57,852 nt of DNA from Alphaproteobacteria bacterium (GTDB lineage: Bacteria; Pseudomonadota; Alphaproteobacteria; SHVW01), in contig SHVW01000003.1 of the NCBI GenBank assembly GCA_009694085.1, forward strand, positions 1 through 57,852, read 5' to 3'. Positions within the stretch are counted from its first letter, which is position 1. Every line of letters begins with the position of its first letter. Below the pieces are notes generated by a model. It saw only the letters and a program-made list of their open reading frames with translations. It was not told where the DNA came from and did no database searches. Positions 36,808-46,502 of the stretch are shown here, piece by piece. Made by a program: the position numbers and the translations under genes.

Positions 36808-36896
36808 GCATATCATGCCTCGGCCGCGCTTGCAAAACGCCGGTCGGCGCCTAGACTTCCGGTCGCCCGGGTCGGGCCGGTTATTGAGAGTCTTCG

Positions 36897-37871
36897 ATGA
36901 ACTACGCTCAGGCCAAATGGATCGGCGTGCCGGAAATTCCGGTAATCGATGTGGCGTCGCTGGCCGGTGGGGGGCCCGCCGAGATTCATGCGGTCGGCCG
37001 CGCCATGCGCGAGGCCTCCGAACGGATCGGGTTCTTCTACATCCGCAATCACGGCGTTCCCCAGGAGCTGATCGACCGGGTCTACGAAGTTTCGCGCCGC
37101 TTCTATAGCCAGCCTTTAGAACGGAAGCTCAAAGTTCAAGTCAACGCGCGCCACCGCGGTTTCCTGAAAATCGGCGAAGCCAAGTTGCATGACCGCGCCA
37201 AAGTCGACCTGAAAGAAAGCTTCATTTGGGGCCTCGAACTGGGCGAGGACGATTCCGACGTGCGCGCCGGCCGAAAACTGATGGGCCCAAATCAATGGCC
37301 CCAGGATGTGCCGGAATTCCGTACGACGCTTTACCCCTACTACGAAGCTATACTTGCCTGCGGCAACCGCTTGCTGACCGCAATGGCCGCCAGCCTTGAC
37401 CTGCCCTTAGATTTTTTCACAAAGAAGTTCGCCAAACCGCTGGCCCGTGGCGCCCTGGTATATTACCCCCCTCAACCACCCGACCTTGGCATCGAACAGT
37501 TCGGCGTGGCGCCCCACACCGACTACGGCGGCTTGACCCTATTGTCGCAGGACGACACCGGCGGGCTCCAGGTCAAGGGCAAATCAGGCGAATGGGTGAC
37601 CGCGCATCCGATCCCGGGAACCCTGGTGATCAATATCGGCGATCTCATGTCGCGCTGGACAAATGATCACTTCATGTCGACCCCCCACCGCGTCGTCAAT
37701 ACGTCCGGCCGCGAGCGCTTCTCGGTCGCCGTATTCTTCGATCCCTCCTACGACACGGTGATCGATCCCGCCGATATCTTTCAGGGCCGAGAAACGCCGC
37801 GCCACGCGCCAGTCGTGTGCGGCGACTATGTCGTCGGACGATTCGACAAGGTGTTTGCCTATCGCAAGTAA
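36897..37871 (+). CDS. 2-oxoglutarate/Fe(II) oxygenase, IPNS/DIOX family
   Basis: IPVIDV, IGFFYIRNHGV, PHTD...HRV facial triad, RFS 2OG-binding motif. Confidence 0.92.
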   Translation: MNYAQAKWIGVPEIPVIDVASLAGGGPAEIHAVGRAMREASERIGFFYIRNHGVPQELIDRVYEVSRRFYSQPLERKLKVQVNARHRGFLKIGEAKLHDRAKVDLKESFIWGLELGEDDSDVRAGRKLMGPNQWPQDVPEFRTTLYPYYEAILACGNRLLTAMAASLDLPLDFFTKKFAKPLARGALVYYPPQPPDLGIEQFGVAPHTDYGGLTLLSQDDTGGLQVKGKSGEWVTAHPIPGTLVINIGDLMSRWTNDHFMSTPHRVVNTSGRERFSVAVFFDPSYDTVIDPADIFQGRETPRHAPVVCGDYVVGRFDKVFAYRK

Positions 37872-37902
37872 GGCTACCCGCGTTTTCCGGAGGCCGGCAG
37901 AT

Positions 37903-38550
37903 ATGACCGACGCCGCAGGTATCAAGCCACGCGTGAAGATCGACGAGGTGCCGCCGCTCGACAAAGCGCGCTCGCCCCTGGGCGATCCAACCTGGCGCTA
38001 TGTCAGCGCCACCCAGTTGGAGGATTTACGCGCGCCCGATTGGGCGATCATCGACGCCCAACGACCGCGTTTCATTAAGGGCCGTGCCGCACGCGACGCG
38101 CTGGCGCTCCTCGAGACCCAGCGCGACGATCCCTCCTTCGGCTATCAGACCAATATGTACCGGCATTGCCTGGAATCGGCGAGCCGGGCCTGGCGCGATG
38201 GTGCGGACGAAGAATTCATCGTCATCTGTCTGCTCCACGACATCGGCTACACCATCGCCAACCCAACCCATGGCGAATTCGCCGCCGCTTTGCTGCGCCC
38301 CTTCACATCCGAGGCGCACACATGGATGTTGCGCCATCACCAGGCATTCCAGGCCTATCACTGCCACGATCTCCCCGGGCACGATCGCATGAAGCGCGAG
38401 GCCTACCGCGGCCATCCTAGCTTCGAGCTAACCGCGCGCTTTATCGAGCGTTACGATCAGAATACGACCAATCCGAACTACGACACCCTGCCAGTCCAAG
38501 CTTTCGAGCCGCTGGTCCACCGCCTGTTTGACCGGGAGCCTCGCCTATGA
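37903..38550 (+). CDS. HD-domain metalloprotein (possible diiron oxygenase)
   Basis: RHCLESA, LLHDIG, THGE, RHH, RYDQ ligand spacing; GGAGG RBS upstream. Confidence 0.85.
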   Translation: MTDAAGIKPRVKIDEVPPLDKARSPLGDPTWRYVSATQLEDLRAPDWAIIDAQRPRFIKGRAARDALALLETQRDDPSFGYQTNMYRHCLESASRAWRDGADEEFIVICLLHDIGYTIANPTHGEFAAALLRPFTSEAHTWMLRHHQAFQAYHCHDLPGHDRMKREAYRGHPSFELTARFIERYDQNTTNPNYDTLPVQAFEPLVHRLFDREPRL

Positions 38551-39677
38551 GCGCCGCTGCAAGCCCCTACCTGACCGCCGGCGTCAAATCCATCAAATCA
38601 GGCGGCCCGCCCCTGGCGGCGGCGGAAATGCAGCGCTTGCACGGCGAGCATCTGCGCCTGCTCAACCTCAACGAATGCCCCTACCCGCCGGCACCCGCCG
38701 CAGTCGAAGCGATCCGTCGCCTAGCCTCCGGCGTCAATCGCTATCCCGAGACGCGCTCCACCGCCCTCGCCCAAGCCATGTCGGCGCGTACAGGCGTGCC
38801 GGCCGATCGCATCATGTTCGGCATGGGCAGCGACGAGCTGCTTGGCCTGCTAAGCTTGGTGGCGCTTGGGCCAGGCGACAGCATTGTGGCACCGACGCCA
38901 TCCTTTCCGCGCTATCGCCTCTCCGCAGTGCTGATGAGCGCCAAGCCGATCCTGGTCAAGATCGACGCCGACGGCGCCAACGACGTCGACGCCCTGATCG
39001 CAGCGGTCGAACCGAAGACACGCATCCTTTATGTCTGTACGCCCAACAACCCGAGCGGCGCCCAGCTCGACGACGCCCGTTTGGCACGGTTGGTTGCGCA
39101 CGCACCGGACGATGTGATCCTAGCCATCGACGAAGCCTATTCGGAGTTCGGGCGCCATGCCGGCGGCCCCGACGTATTGGCCCATCTGGCCAAACGGCGC
39201 GGCCCGTGGATCGTGTTCCGTACTTTTTCCAAGGCCTATGCACTCGCAGGTTTGCGCATCGGTTATTGCCTGAGCGGGTCGGACGAGATCGCGAATGCCA
39301 TGCGCACGGTGCGCACCACCTTCAACGTGACCGATCCGGCCCAGCAGGCGGCGCTGGCCGCGCTCGGCGACGAGAAGCACTTGAAGTTCATTCTGGATTC
39401 TACAGCCCGCGAGCGCCAGCGGCTCAGCGAGGGATTCCTTAGGCTCGGCTACAAGCCGTTGCCGACCGTGACCAATTTCGTCTCGGTCGATCTCGGCATC
39501 AATGCCTGGTCGGTGATCGACGCCCTGCTGCTGCACGGCGTGGCCGCGCGCGAATGGCGCGATCCCGGTTACGAGACCTATCTGCGCGTAACCGTCGGCA
39601 CGGCCGAGGACACCGACGCCGTCCTGAGGGCGCTGCCGCTGGCGCTTAAGACCCAGAAGGAAAAAGCGCCAGCCTAG
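38547..39677 (+). CDS. Class I/II PLP aminotransferase, HisC-like paralogue
   Basis: LNLNECP, NRYP, GSDELL, PNNPSG, DEAY, RTFSKAYALAGLRIG; not in a his operon. Confidence 0.9.
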   Translation: MSAAASPYLTAGVKSIKSGGPPLAAAEMQRLHGEHLRLLNLNECPYPPAPAAVEAIRRLASGVNRYPETRSTALAQAMSARTGVPADRIMFGMGSDELLGLLSLVALGPGDSIVAPTPSFPRYRLSAVLMSAKPILVKIDADGANDVDALIAAVEPKTRILYVCTPNNPSGAQLDDARLARLVAHAPDDVILAIDEAYSEFGRHAGGPDVLAHLAKRRGPWIVFRTFSKAYALAGLRIGYCLSGSDEIANAMRTVRTTFNVTDPAQQAALAALGDEKHLKFILDSTARERQRLSEGFLRLGYKPLPTVTNFVSVDLGINAWSVIDALLLHGVAAREWRDPGYETYLRVTVGTAEDTDAVLRALPLALKTQKEKAPA

Positions 39678-39684
39678 GCTTACC

Positions 39685-40794
39685 ATGGCCGCGCTCCGCG
39701 CCGATGTCGCCATCATCGGCGGCGGCGTGGCCGGTTGTTCCGCCGCGCTTCATATGGCGCGTGCCGGCCTCGCCGTTGTGCTCTTAGAGAAGGGGGCTTT
39801 CGGCAGCCAGGCTAGCGGCGTCAATGCCGGTGGCGTGCGTCAGCAAGGCCGCGATCCGGTCGAACTGCCCCTGGCACGCCGCTCGCGCGCCTTGTGGGCG
39901 CGCATGTCCGAATTGGTCGGCGTCGATGTGGAGTTCGAGCCCAAAGGCCATTTAAAACTCGCGCGCTCCGAGGCCGCGATGGCGGAGCTTGAGAACTACG
40001 CGGCCACGGTGCGGCCCTACGGTCTCGATATCCATTTGGTCGGTCGCAATGCCTTGCGCATGGAGTACCCCTGGCTCGGCGATGCCGTCGTCGGCGCTTC
40101 GCTGTGCGCCGACGATGGCCAGGCCAATCCTCGGCTTGTCGCACCCGCCTTCGCCCGCGCCGCCCGCCTGGCCGGCGCCGATGTCCGCGAGCATGAACGC
40201 ATCATCGACGTCGCACGCCTATCGTCCGGTTTCACCCTAACGGCGGCCTCAGGGCTGGAAGTACGCGCAACCCAAATCGTCAACACGGCCGGCGCCTGGG
40301 GCGGGGAGATCGCAGCGCGTTTCGGCGAGCCCGTTCCCATTGCGCTGATGACGCCTAACATGATTGTCACCGAGCCCTTGCCTCCCTTCATCTCGCGCCT
40401 GATCGGCGTGGTCGGCGGCGGCGTTTATTTCAACCAGACCAAGCGCGGTAATCTGGTGTTCGGCGGCGGCCAGGGTTGGGGCGATTTGGCACAAGAGCGC
40501 GGACGCCCGTTGCCGATCGTGACGGCCGAGACCATCGGCCATGCTATCGCCTGCATTCCCGCACTGTCGGGCGCGCAGGTCATCCGGAGCTGGACAGGGT
40601 TGGAAGGCGTCATGCCCGACCGAATTCCTGTGATCGGACCGAGCCACACCACGCCTGGCCTGTGGCACGCTTTCGGCTTCTCCGGCCATGGCTTCCAACT
40701 CGGCCCTGCGGTCGGTGCCGTGCTCGATGAGCTGGTTCGCACGGGCGCCACGACGACACCGATCGCTGCGTTCGATATCGGGCGCTTCGCCTAG
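39685..40794 (+). CDS. FAD-dependent oxidoreductase, D-amino acid/amine oxidase family
   Basis: IIGGGVAG, ASGVNAGGVR, NTAGAWG, GFSGHGFQLGP. Confidence 0.9.
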   Translation: MAALRADVAIIGGGVAGCSAALHMARAGLAVVLLEKGAFGSQASGVNAGGVRQQGRDPVELPLARRSRALWARMSELVGVDVEFEPKGHLKLARSEAAMAELENYAATVRPYGLDIHLVGRNALRMEYPWLGDAVVGASLCADDGQANPRLVAPAFARAARLAGADVREHERIIDVARLSSGFTLTAASGLEVRATQIVNTAGAWGGEIAARFGEPVPIALMTPNMIVTEPLPPFISRLIGVVGGGVYFNQTKRGNLVFGGGQGWGDLAQERGRPLPIVTAETIGHAIACIPALSGAQVIRSWTGLEGVMPDRIPVIGPSHTTPGLWHAFGFSGHGFQLGPAVGAVLDELVRTGATTTPIAAFDIGRFA

Positions 40795-41261
40795 GCACCG
40801 ATAGCGCGCGCCATCCAGGACAGGAAGTAACCGCGATAGGCGCGGTCGACCAAAATTTCGAACCCCTCTTCCGTTCGCAGCAACGCGACCGCGATCCGAC
40901 CGAGCGCCGCGCGCGTGCAGGCCTGGGGGCCGAAACGGTCGAAATCGATCGCGCAACCCTGGGCCAGGACGTCAGCCGCCCCGGCGCCGGTCAACGCGAA
41001 GCGTAGGAGGCTATCGCTCAGAGTCACCGCTTGGCCGGCGCGCTCAAGCGCATCGCGCAGCGCCGTTTCCCGCTCAAGCGGCGCCTGTACAAGCCAGCAG
41101 TCCCGGCCGAGCCACAGCACGCGGCACTCCCCAGCTTGCCACATCGAATTGGCGGCCGAGGGCACGCCGAGCCCCGCGGTGGACAGGGCGCTGGGCCCAT
41201 CGCCGCGCGTCTCGATGGCGGCGGCGAGCGGTAGTTCCGTTAGGTGTGCGTTAGGGGTCAT
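40791..41261 (-). CDS. soxG: Heterotetrameric sarcosine oxidase family, gamma subunit
   Basis: VLWLGRDCWL, VLAQGCAIDF, VDRAYRGY; follows soxA. Confidence 0.82.
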   Translation of the reverse strand: MTPNAHLTELPLAAAIETRGDGPSALSTAGLGVPSAANSMWQAGECRVLWLGRDCWLVQAPLERETALRDALERAGQAVTLSDSLLRFALTGAGAADVLAQGCAIDFDRFGPQACTRAALGRIAVALLRTEEGFEILVDRAYRGYFLSWMARAIGA

Positions 41262-41265
41262 GGCG

Positions 41266-44220
41266 TCATGATCGCAACCGCGCGCCCTGAGGATCGAGGA
41301 AGACCGGATCGACGACCAGCGCACGCTGACTGCCCGCGCGAGCGGAAAGCTGGACCGTTCGGCCGATCAAGGCGCGACCGTCATCGATCATGGCGATCGA
41401 CAGGGACCGGCCGAGCGCCGGCCCCATGGCGCTCGCCGTAACGAAACCGATGGGAGCCGACGGATCGCGTCCGGCCTCCACCGACATGACCGGCGCGCCC
41501 TCGGGCAGCAGTGCAGCGCCGTTCTCCGGCAACAATCCGACCATCTGACGCCGCGGTCCTGCATTCCATGCTGCGATGGCCAGCGAACGTTTGCCGATGA
41601 AATCAGGCTTGTCCCGGGCGACCAAACGTCCGAGCCCGAGATCGTCGGGCCCCGCCATGCCGTCGGCCTCATGACCGACCGAGATATAACCCTTCTCCAC
41701 GCGGAGCACATGGCTGGCTTCCGACCCGACCGGCGTGATGTCCATATCGCGCCCGGCATCAATCAACGCTTCCCATAGTGCCAAGGCATGACGCGCGGGC
41801 ACGTTAATTTCGAAGCTGAGTTCGCCGGTGAAGCTGACGCGCATGACTCGTGCGGGCAACCCCGCCACCTTCCCCTCGCGCACGGCCATGAAGGGAAAGG
41901 CTTTGCTTGCGAGATCGACGCCCTCGGTCACGCGCGCCATCAGATCGCGTGCATGGGGGCCGCAGACCACGGCGTTGGCCCAAACCGTCGTGACCGGCGT
42001 GATCCAGAGCTTGAGTGCGGGCCATTCGCATTTATGCCAGCGTTCCAGCCAGGCATAGACCGCATCGGCATTGCCGGTCGTGCTGGTGAGAAAGAAGTGA
42101 TCCGGGCCGAGGCGCATGACCGTGCCGTCGTCGAACAGCCTACCATCCTCGCGCAACATCAGCCCGTAGCGAATGCGATGGTGCGGCAGATCGAGGATGC
42201 GCGTGCAATAGATGCGATCGAGAAACGCCGCCGCATCCGGCCCGCGCACTTCGAACTTGCCGAGGGGCGAGCTGTCATAAATGCCAACGCCAAAGCGCAC
42301 GGCGCGTGCTTCGCGCAAGGTCGCCGCTTCCATGTCTTCGTCCGGCCTGGGGTAATAACCCGGCCGCCGCCAAGTGGCACCGGCCTCATACATGACCGCA
42401 CCCGCCGAGGCATGCCAGGGGGTCATGGGCGTTTCGCGCCAGGGCACAATGGTCGGTCCGGCATCTTGGGCCGCCAGCGCCCCGAAGTTGACCGGCGTAT
42501 AGGGCGGGCGGTAGGTCGTTGTGCCAATGGCCGACGCCGCCACGTCCTCGGCGCGCGCCAGCACGTCGATCAGATTGAGATTGCCTGTTTTGCCCTGGTC
42601 GATCGCCATGCCGCCCGTGGTGTAACGCTTGACGTGTTCGATCGAGCGATAGCCTTCGCGTCGAGCAAGCCGGATATCGGCCGCAGTGACGTCGTTCTGA
42701 AAATCGACGAAGGCCCGCCTGCCGCGCGCGCCAGCCATTTCCCAAATCAGGGCGAGTTCCAGCGCCGGGCCATTCGATGCCACCGGCGGCGTCACATCCC
42801 TTACCGCGAAACCGGCGGCGCGCGCGGCCTCGGCACCGGCGCGCGTGCCATCGGCAAGCACGCTCGCAAGCCCGAACCGGCCACGACAGGCGCCGGCCGA
42901 TCGTTCGGCCTGGACGCAGCGGTCGGGCACGACGCAGCCCAGGTCGGGCTCCCAACGCAACTTCCCTCCCGACTGCGAAAACAGATGAACTCCAGGCGTC
43001 CACCCCCCGGCCATGAGCACGAGATCGCAATCGATCCAATCGCCGCCAACTTCACCGACCGGGGCAACCTGTAAGGCCGTCACGCCCATGCGCCCACGGA
43101 TACCGCCAACGCCATGACCGACATGAACCGAAATTCCGGCGCCGGCAGCTTCGGCTAGCGCAGTGGCTGGCGGCGTAGCACGTAGATCGACAATGGCAGC
43201 GACCTCGACGCCTCGCGCCTTCAAATGCCGCGCCGTATCATAAGCGCTGGAGTTGTTCGTGACGATCACGGCGCGCCGTCCGGGGGCGACGCCCCAGCGC
43301 TCAACATAAGCGAGCGCGGCCGAGGCCAACATCACACCGGGCCGGTCATTGTCGGGGAACACTAGGGGGCGCTCGATGGCGCCGGCCGCGAGCACGACTT
43401 GGCGCGCGCGCACCTTGCGCAGACGTTCGCGCAGGTTTGCCCGTCCGGTATTGCGTTCGATCACGCCGATGAGGTTGTGATCGTAATAGGCGAAGGCAGT
43501 GGCGTCGGCCAGGCGACGGACATTGGCCATGACGTCGAGTTCGGCCGTGACGGCCGCTACCCAATCGAGCGCCGGGTGGCCATCGATATCATCGGGCGCG
43601 TCGAGCAACATGCCGCCCGGTTCCGGCCGTTCGTCCACCAGCATCACCCGCGCGCCCGACCGTCCGGCCGCCACCGCCGCCATCAACCCAGCCGGGCCGG
43701 CGCCGACGACCAGCACATCGCAATGATCGTAGCGTTTCTCATAACCGAGCGGATCGCGCCGCTCCGGCACCCGGCCAAGCCCCGCTGCCCGGCGGATGAA
43801 CCACTCGTAGAGCGGCCAGAAGCCCCGCGGTCCCATGAAAGTCTTGTAGTAAAATCCGGCGGGCAGCAACCGACCCAGCCGGTCGTTGATCGCACCGAAA
43901 TCGAAATTCGGCCCGGGCCAACAATTGACGCTGCGCGCATCCAACCCCTCGGTCAGCGCGACGCGGGTCGCCACCATATTGGGCGCGTCGTCATCGCCGC
44001 CGAGTTGGACGATGGCGTTGCACTCCTCGACGCCCGCGGCGATCAGGCCGCGCGGCCGATGATATTTGAAGCTGCGGCCGACAACGCCGATGCCATTGGC
44101 CAACAAGGCCGATGCCAGGGTGTCGCCGGCAAAGCCCTGGAGCGCGCAGCCATTGAACCGGAATTCGATCGGGCGAGTCCGGTCGATTCGGCCACCCCGG
44201 TCGAGACGATAGCCGGTCAC
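41266..44220 (-). CDS. soxA: Heterotetrameric sarcosine oxidase family, alpha subunit
   Basis: GDTLASALLANG, RSFKYHRPRG, IEHVKRYTTGGMAIDQGK, TTYRPPYTP, GcvT-like C-terminus. Confidence 0.93.
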   Translation of the reverse strand: MTGYRLDRGGRIDRTRPIEFRFNGCALQGFAGDTLASALLANGIGVVGRSFKYHRPRGLIAAGVEECNAIVQLGGDDDAPNMVATRVALTEGLDARSVNCWPGPNFDFGAINDRLGRLLPAGFYYKTFMGPRGFWPLYEWFIRRAAGLGRVPERRDPLGYEKRYDHCDVLVVGAGPAGLMAAVAAGRSGARVMLVDERPEPGGMLLDAPDDIDGHPALDWVAAVTAELDVMANVRRLADATAFAYYDHNLIGVIERNTGRANLRERLRKVRARQVVLAAGAIERPLVFPDNDRPGVMLASAALAYVERWGVAPGRRAVIVTNNSSAYDTARHLKARGVEVAAIVDLRATPPATALAEAAGAGISVHVGHGVGGIRGRMGVTALQVAPVGEVGGDWIDCDLVLMAGGWTPGVHLFSQSGGKLRWEPDLGCVVPDRCVQAERSAGACRGRFGLASVLADGTRAGAEAARAAGFAVRDVTPPVASNGPALELALIWEMAGARGRRAFVDFQNDVTAADIRLARREGYRSIEHVKRYTTGGMAIDQGKTGNLNLIDVLARAEDVAASAIGTTTYRPPYTPVNFGALAAQDAGPTIVPWRETPMTPWHASAGAVMYEAGATWRRPGYYPRPDEDMEAATLREARAVRFGVGIYDSSPLGKFEVRGPDAAAFLDRIYCTRILDLPHHRIRYGLMLREDGRLFDDGTVMRLGPDHFFLTSTTGNADAVYAWLERWHKCEWPALKLWITPVTTVWANAVVCGPHARDLMARVTEGVDLASKAFPFMAVREGKVAGLPARVMRVSFTGELSFEINVPARHALALWEALIDAGRDMDITPVGSEASHVLRVEKGYISVGHEADGMAGPDDLGLGRLVARDKPDFIGKRSLAIAAWNAGPRRQMVGLLPENGAALLPEGAPVMSVEAGRDPSAPIGFVTASAMGPALGRSLSIAMIDDGRALIGRTVQLSARAGSQRALVVDPVFLDPQGARLRS

Positions 44221-44465
44221 GGCACAACCTTAATCGCGTTGGTCACGGTGTCGCGCTCTAGCACGAACCACAGGCGGCAACCGCGCCCATGCCACCACCA
44301 CTCGCGCACGGCCCCCTTGGGATTGGCGCGCTCGAACAAATGCGCCACCCAAGCCTGGTCATCAAGCGCGATGGGATCGGCGGGACGATGGCGATCGGCC
44401 TCACTGCCGGAGGTGAATTCCTCTTCGTTGCGCAGTCCACAGAATGGGCATGGGATCAGCAGCAT
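44217..44465 (-). CDS. soxD: Heterotetrameric sarcosine oxidase family, delta subunit
   Basis: CPFCG...WWH..GC zinc ligands. Confidence 0.9.
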   Translation of the reverse strand: MLLIPCPFCGLRNEEEFTSGSEADRHRPADPIALDDQAWVAHLFERANPKGAVREWWWHGRGCRLWFVLERDTVTNAIKVVP

Positions 44466-44468
44466 GAT

Positions 44469-45725
44469 CTATTCCCGATTGGACGCCCCGGCCGTCTCAA
44501 GAACGAGACGGCCCTGAGCGAAGCGATCGAGGCCAAAGGGTTGAATCAACGGGCTCGGCCGCCCCGTCGCTAGGAGATGGGCAAAGCCTTCGCCCGAGGC
44601 CGGGATTGCCTTAAAGCCGCCGGAACCCCAGCCGACATTGAGGTAGAGGCCATCGACCGGCGTCGCCGAAATAATCGGGCTCGTGTCATAGGTGAGATCG
44701 ATCATCCCCGCCCATTGCCGCAGCATCTTGACCCGTTTTAACCGGGGCATCAGTTCGATCAGGGTGGCAACAGATTGCTCGATCACGTGCAGACCGCCGC
44801 GCTGGGCATAAGAGGTATAGCCATCGGCGGCGCCGCCGATGATCAACTCGCCCTTGTCGGTCTGCGCCAGATAGACGTGGAGTGCCGGGCAGTTCAGGAT
44901 GACATCGAGCACGGGCTTCAGCGGTTCCGACACGAAAGCCTGTAGCGGTACCGTCTCGATCGGCAGGCGCAGACCCGCCATGGCCGCGACAACGCCGGCA
45001 TGGCCGGCGACGGCCACGCCGATGCGCGGCGCGGCGATGGGCCCGCGCGTCGTCTCCACGCCGGTAACCCGGCCGCCATCGCGACGGATGCCCGTGACTT
45101 CGCAATTCTGAATGATATCGACCCCGGCGGCGTCGGCCTGACGCGCATAGCCCCAGGCAACCGCATCGTGCCGCGCGATACCGGCGCCGGGATGCCACGT
45201 CGCCGCGAGGATCGGCAGTCGCGCCGTCGGATCGATCTCGACCAAGGGCACTCGGCGTTTGACCTCCTCCGGCGTGATGATTTCGTACTCGGCATCGACC
45301 AGCGCCATGGACAACGAGCGGCGACGCGCATCGCGCAGCTTGGCCCAGGTTTGGATCAAGTCGATCTGGCCGCGCCGGCTGAACATGACGTTGAAGTTGA
45401 GTTCCTGGCTCATCTCCTCATAGAGCCGGCGCGCGTGCTCGTAGAAGCGAATGCTAGGATCGCGCAGATAGTTCGAGCGGATAGTGACCGTGTTGCGCCC
45501 GGTGTTTCCGCCACCGAGCCAGCCTTTCTCAAGCACCGCTACATTGGCGATGCCGTGATCGCGCGCGAGATAGTAGGCCGTGGCAAGGCCATGGCCGCCG
45601 CCACCGATAATGATCGCGTCATAGGCGGGCTTGGGTTCCGGTGCACGCCACGCCCGGGCCCAACCCTCGTGATAGGCGAGCGCGTTGCGTATCAGACTCC
45701 AGATCGAATAGCGCCGCGCTGCCAA
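44469..45725 (-). CDS. soxB: Heterotetrameric sarcosine oxidase family, beta subunit
   Basis: TTG start with GGAGG RBS; GGGGHGLATAYYLA, GGNTGRN, ARHDAVAWGYAR. Confidence 0.93.
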   Translation of the reverse strand: MAARRYSIWSLIRNALAYHEGWARAWRAPEPKPAYDAIIIGGGGHGLATAYYLARDHGIANVAVLEKGWLGGGNTGRNTVTIRSNYLRDPSIRFYEHARRLYEEMSQELNFNVMFSRRGQIDLIQTWAKLRDARRRSLSMALVDAEYEIITPEEVKRRVPLVEIDPTARLPILAATWHPGAGIARHDAVAWGYARQADAAGVDIIQNCEVTGIRRDGGRVTGVETTRGPIAAPRIGVAVAGHAGVVAAMAGLRLPIETVPLQAFVSEPLKPVLDVILNCPALHVYLAQTDKGELIIGGAADGYTSYAQRGGLHVIEQSVATLIELMPRLKRVKMLRQWAGMIDLTYDTSPIISATPVDGLYLNVGWGSGGFKAIPASGEGFAHLLATGRPSPLIQPFGLDRFAQGRLVLETAGASNRE

Positions 45726-45778
45726 ACCAGCCTCCGCCTTCGCACCCTAGCAGCATCGAACGACCCGACCGGACCTGT

Positions 45779-45800
45779 CGTCATGAATTCCTTCATGACG
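45779..45800. promoter_or_regulatory. Perfect 9-bp inverted repeat upstream of soxB
   Basis: CGTCATGAA-TTCC-TTCATGACG. Confidence 0.6.
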
Positions 45801-45882
45801 CCCTCAATCGGCCTCATGGAATTGACGGCATGCGCGGGGCCGCCCTATAGCTTGCGCCTAAAGGGACCAAGGGAGCAGCGCG

Positions 45883-46488
45883 ATGGCGTGGATTAAGTTG
45901 ATGTCTTACGAGGAATCAGCCGGACGCCTGCGCGAGCTGTACGACCGGGTCAAAGGCCCCGACAACAATGTCGACAACGTCATGAAGGCCCACAGCCTAA
46001 GGCCCCACACCATGGAAGGCCACAGCGCGCTCTATAAGACCGTCATGCACCACACCGGGAACGTGCTGCCCGTGTGGCTGTTGGAAACCATTGCCGTCTA
46101 TACCAGCCTGACCAATGCCTGCGACTACAGCGTCAAGCACCACTTCGCCGGCCTGTCGCGCTTGCTCAAGGATCAGGCCAGGGCCGATCGCGTCTATAAA
46201 GCACTGGCGGCAGACAGGCCCGAGGCGGAATTCGCCGGCAAGGAGCTGGCTTTCCTGCTCTATGCCAAAAAGCTAACGCGGCAAGTCGGCGTCATGGAAA
46301 AAGCCGATGTGGACGCACTCCGTGCCGCCGGTGCGGACGATGGCGAGATCCTGGAAGTCAACCAGGTCATCGCCTATTTCAATTACTCCAACCGCCTGCT
46401 CAACGGATTGGGCGTGACGACCGATGGCGATATCCTCGGCCTCTCCCCGCCCAATACGGGCAAGCTAGAGGATTGGGAGCACCGTTGA
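45883..46488 (+). CDS. Peroxidase-related AhpD/CMD family protein
   Basis: AHSLRP, ETIAVYTSLTNACDYSVKHH, AYFNYSNR. Confidence 0.85.
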   Translation: MAWIKLMSYEESAGRLRELYDRVKGPDNNVDNVMKAHSLRPHTMEGHSALYKTVMHHTGNVLPVWLLETIAVYTSLTNACDYSVKHHFAGLSRLLKDQARADRVYKALAADRPEAEFAGKELAFLLYAKKLTRQVGVMEKADVDALRAAGADDGEILEVNQVIAYFNYSNRLLNGLGVTTDGDILGLSPPNTGKLEDWEHR

Positions 46489-46502
46489 CGGCGCGGCCTG
46501 GT

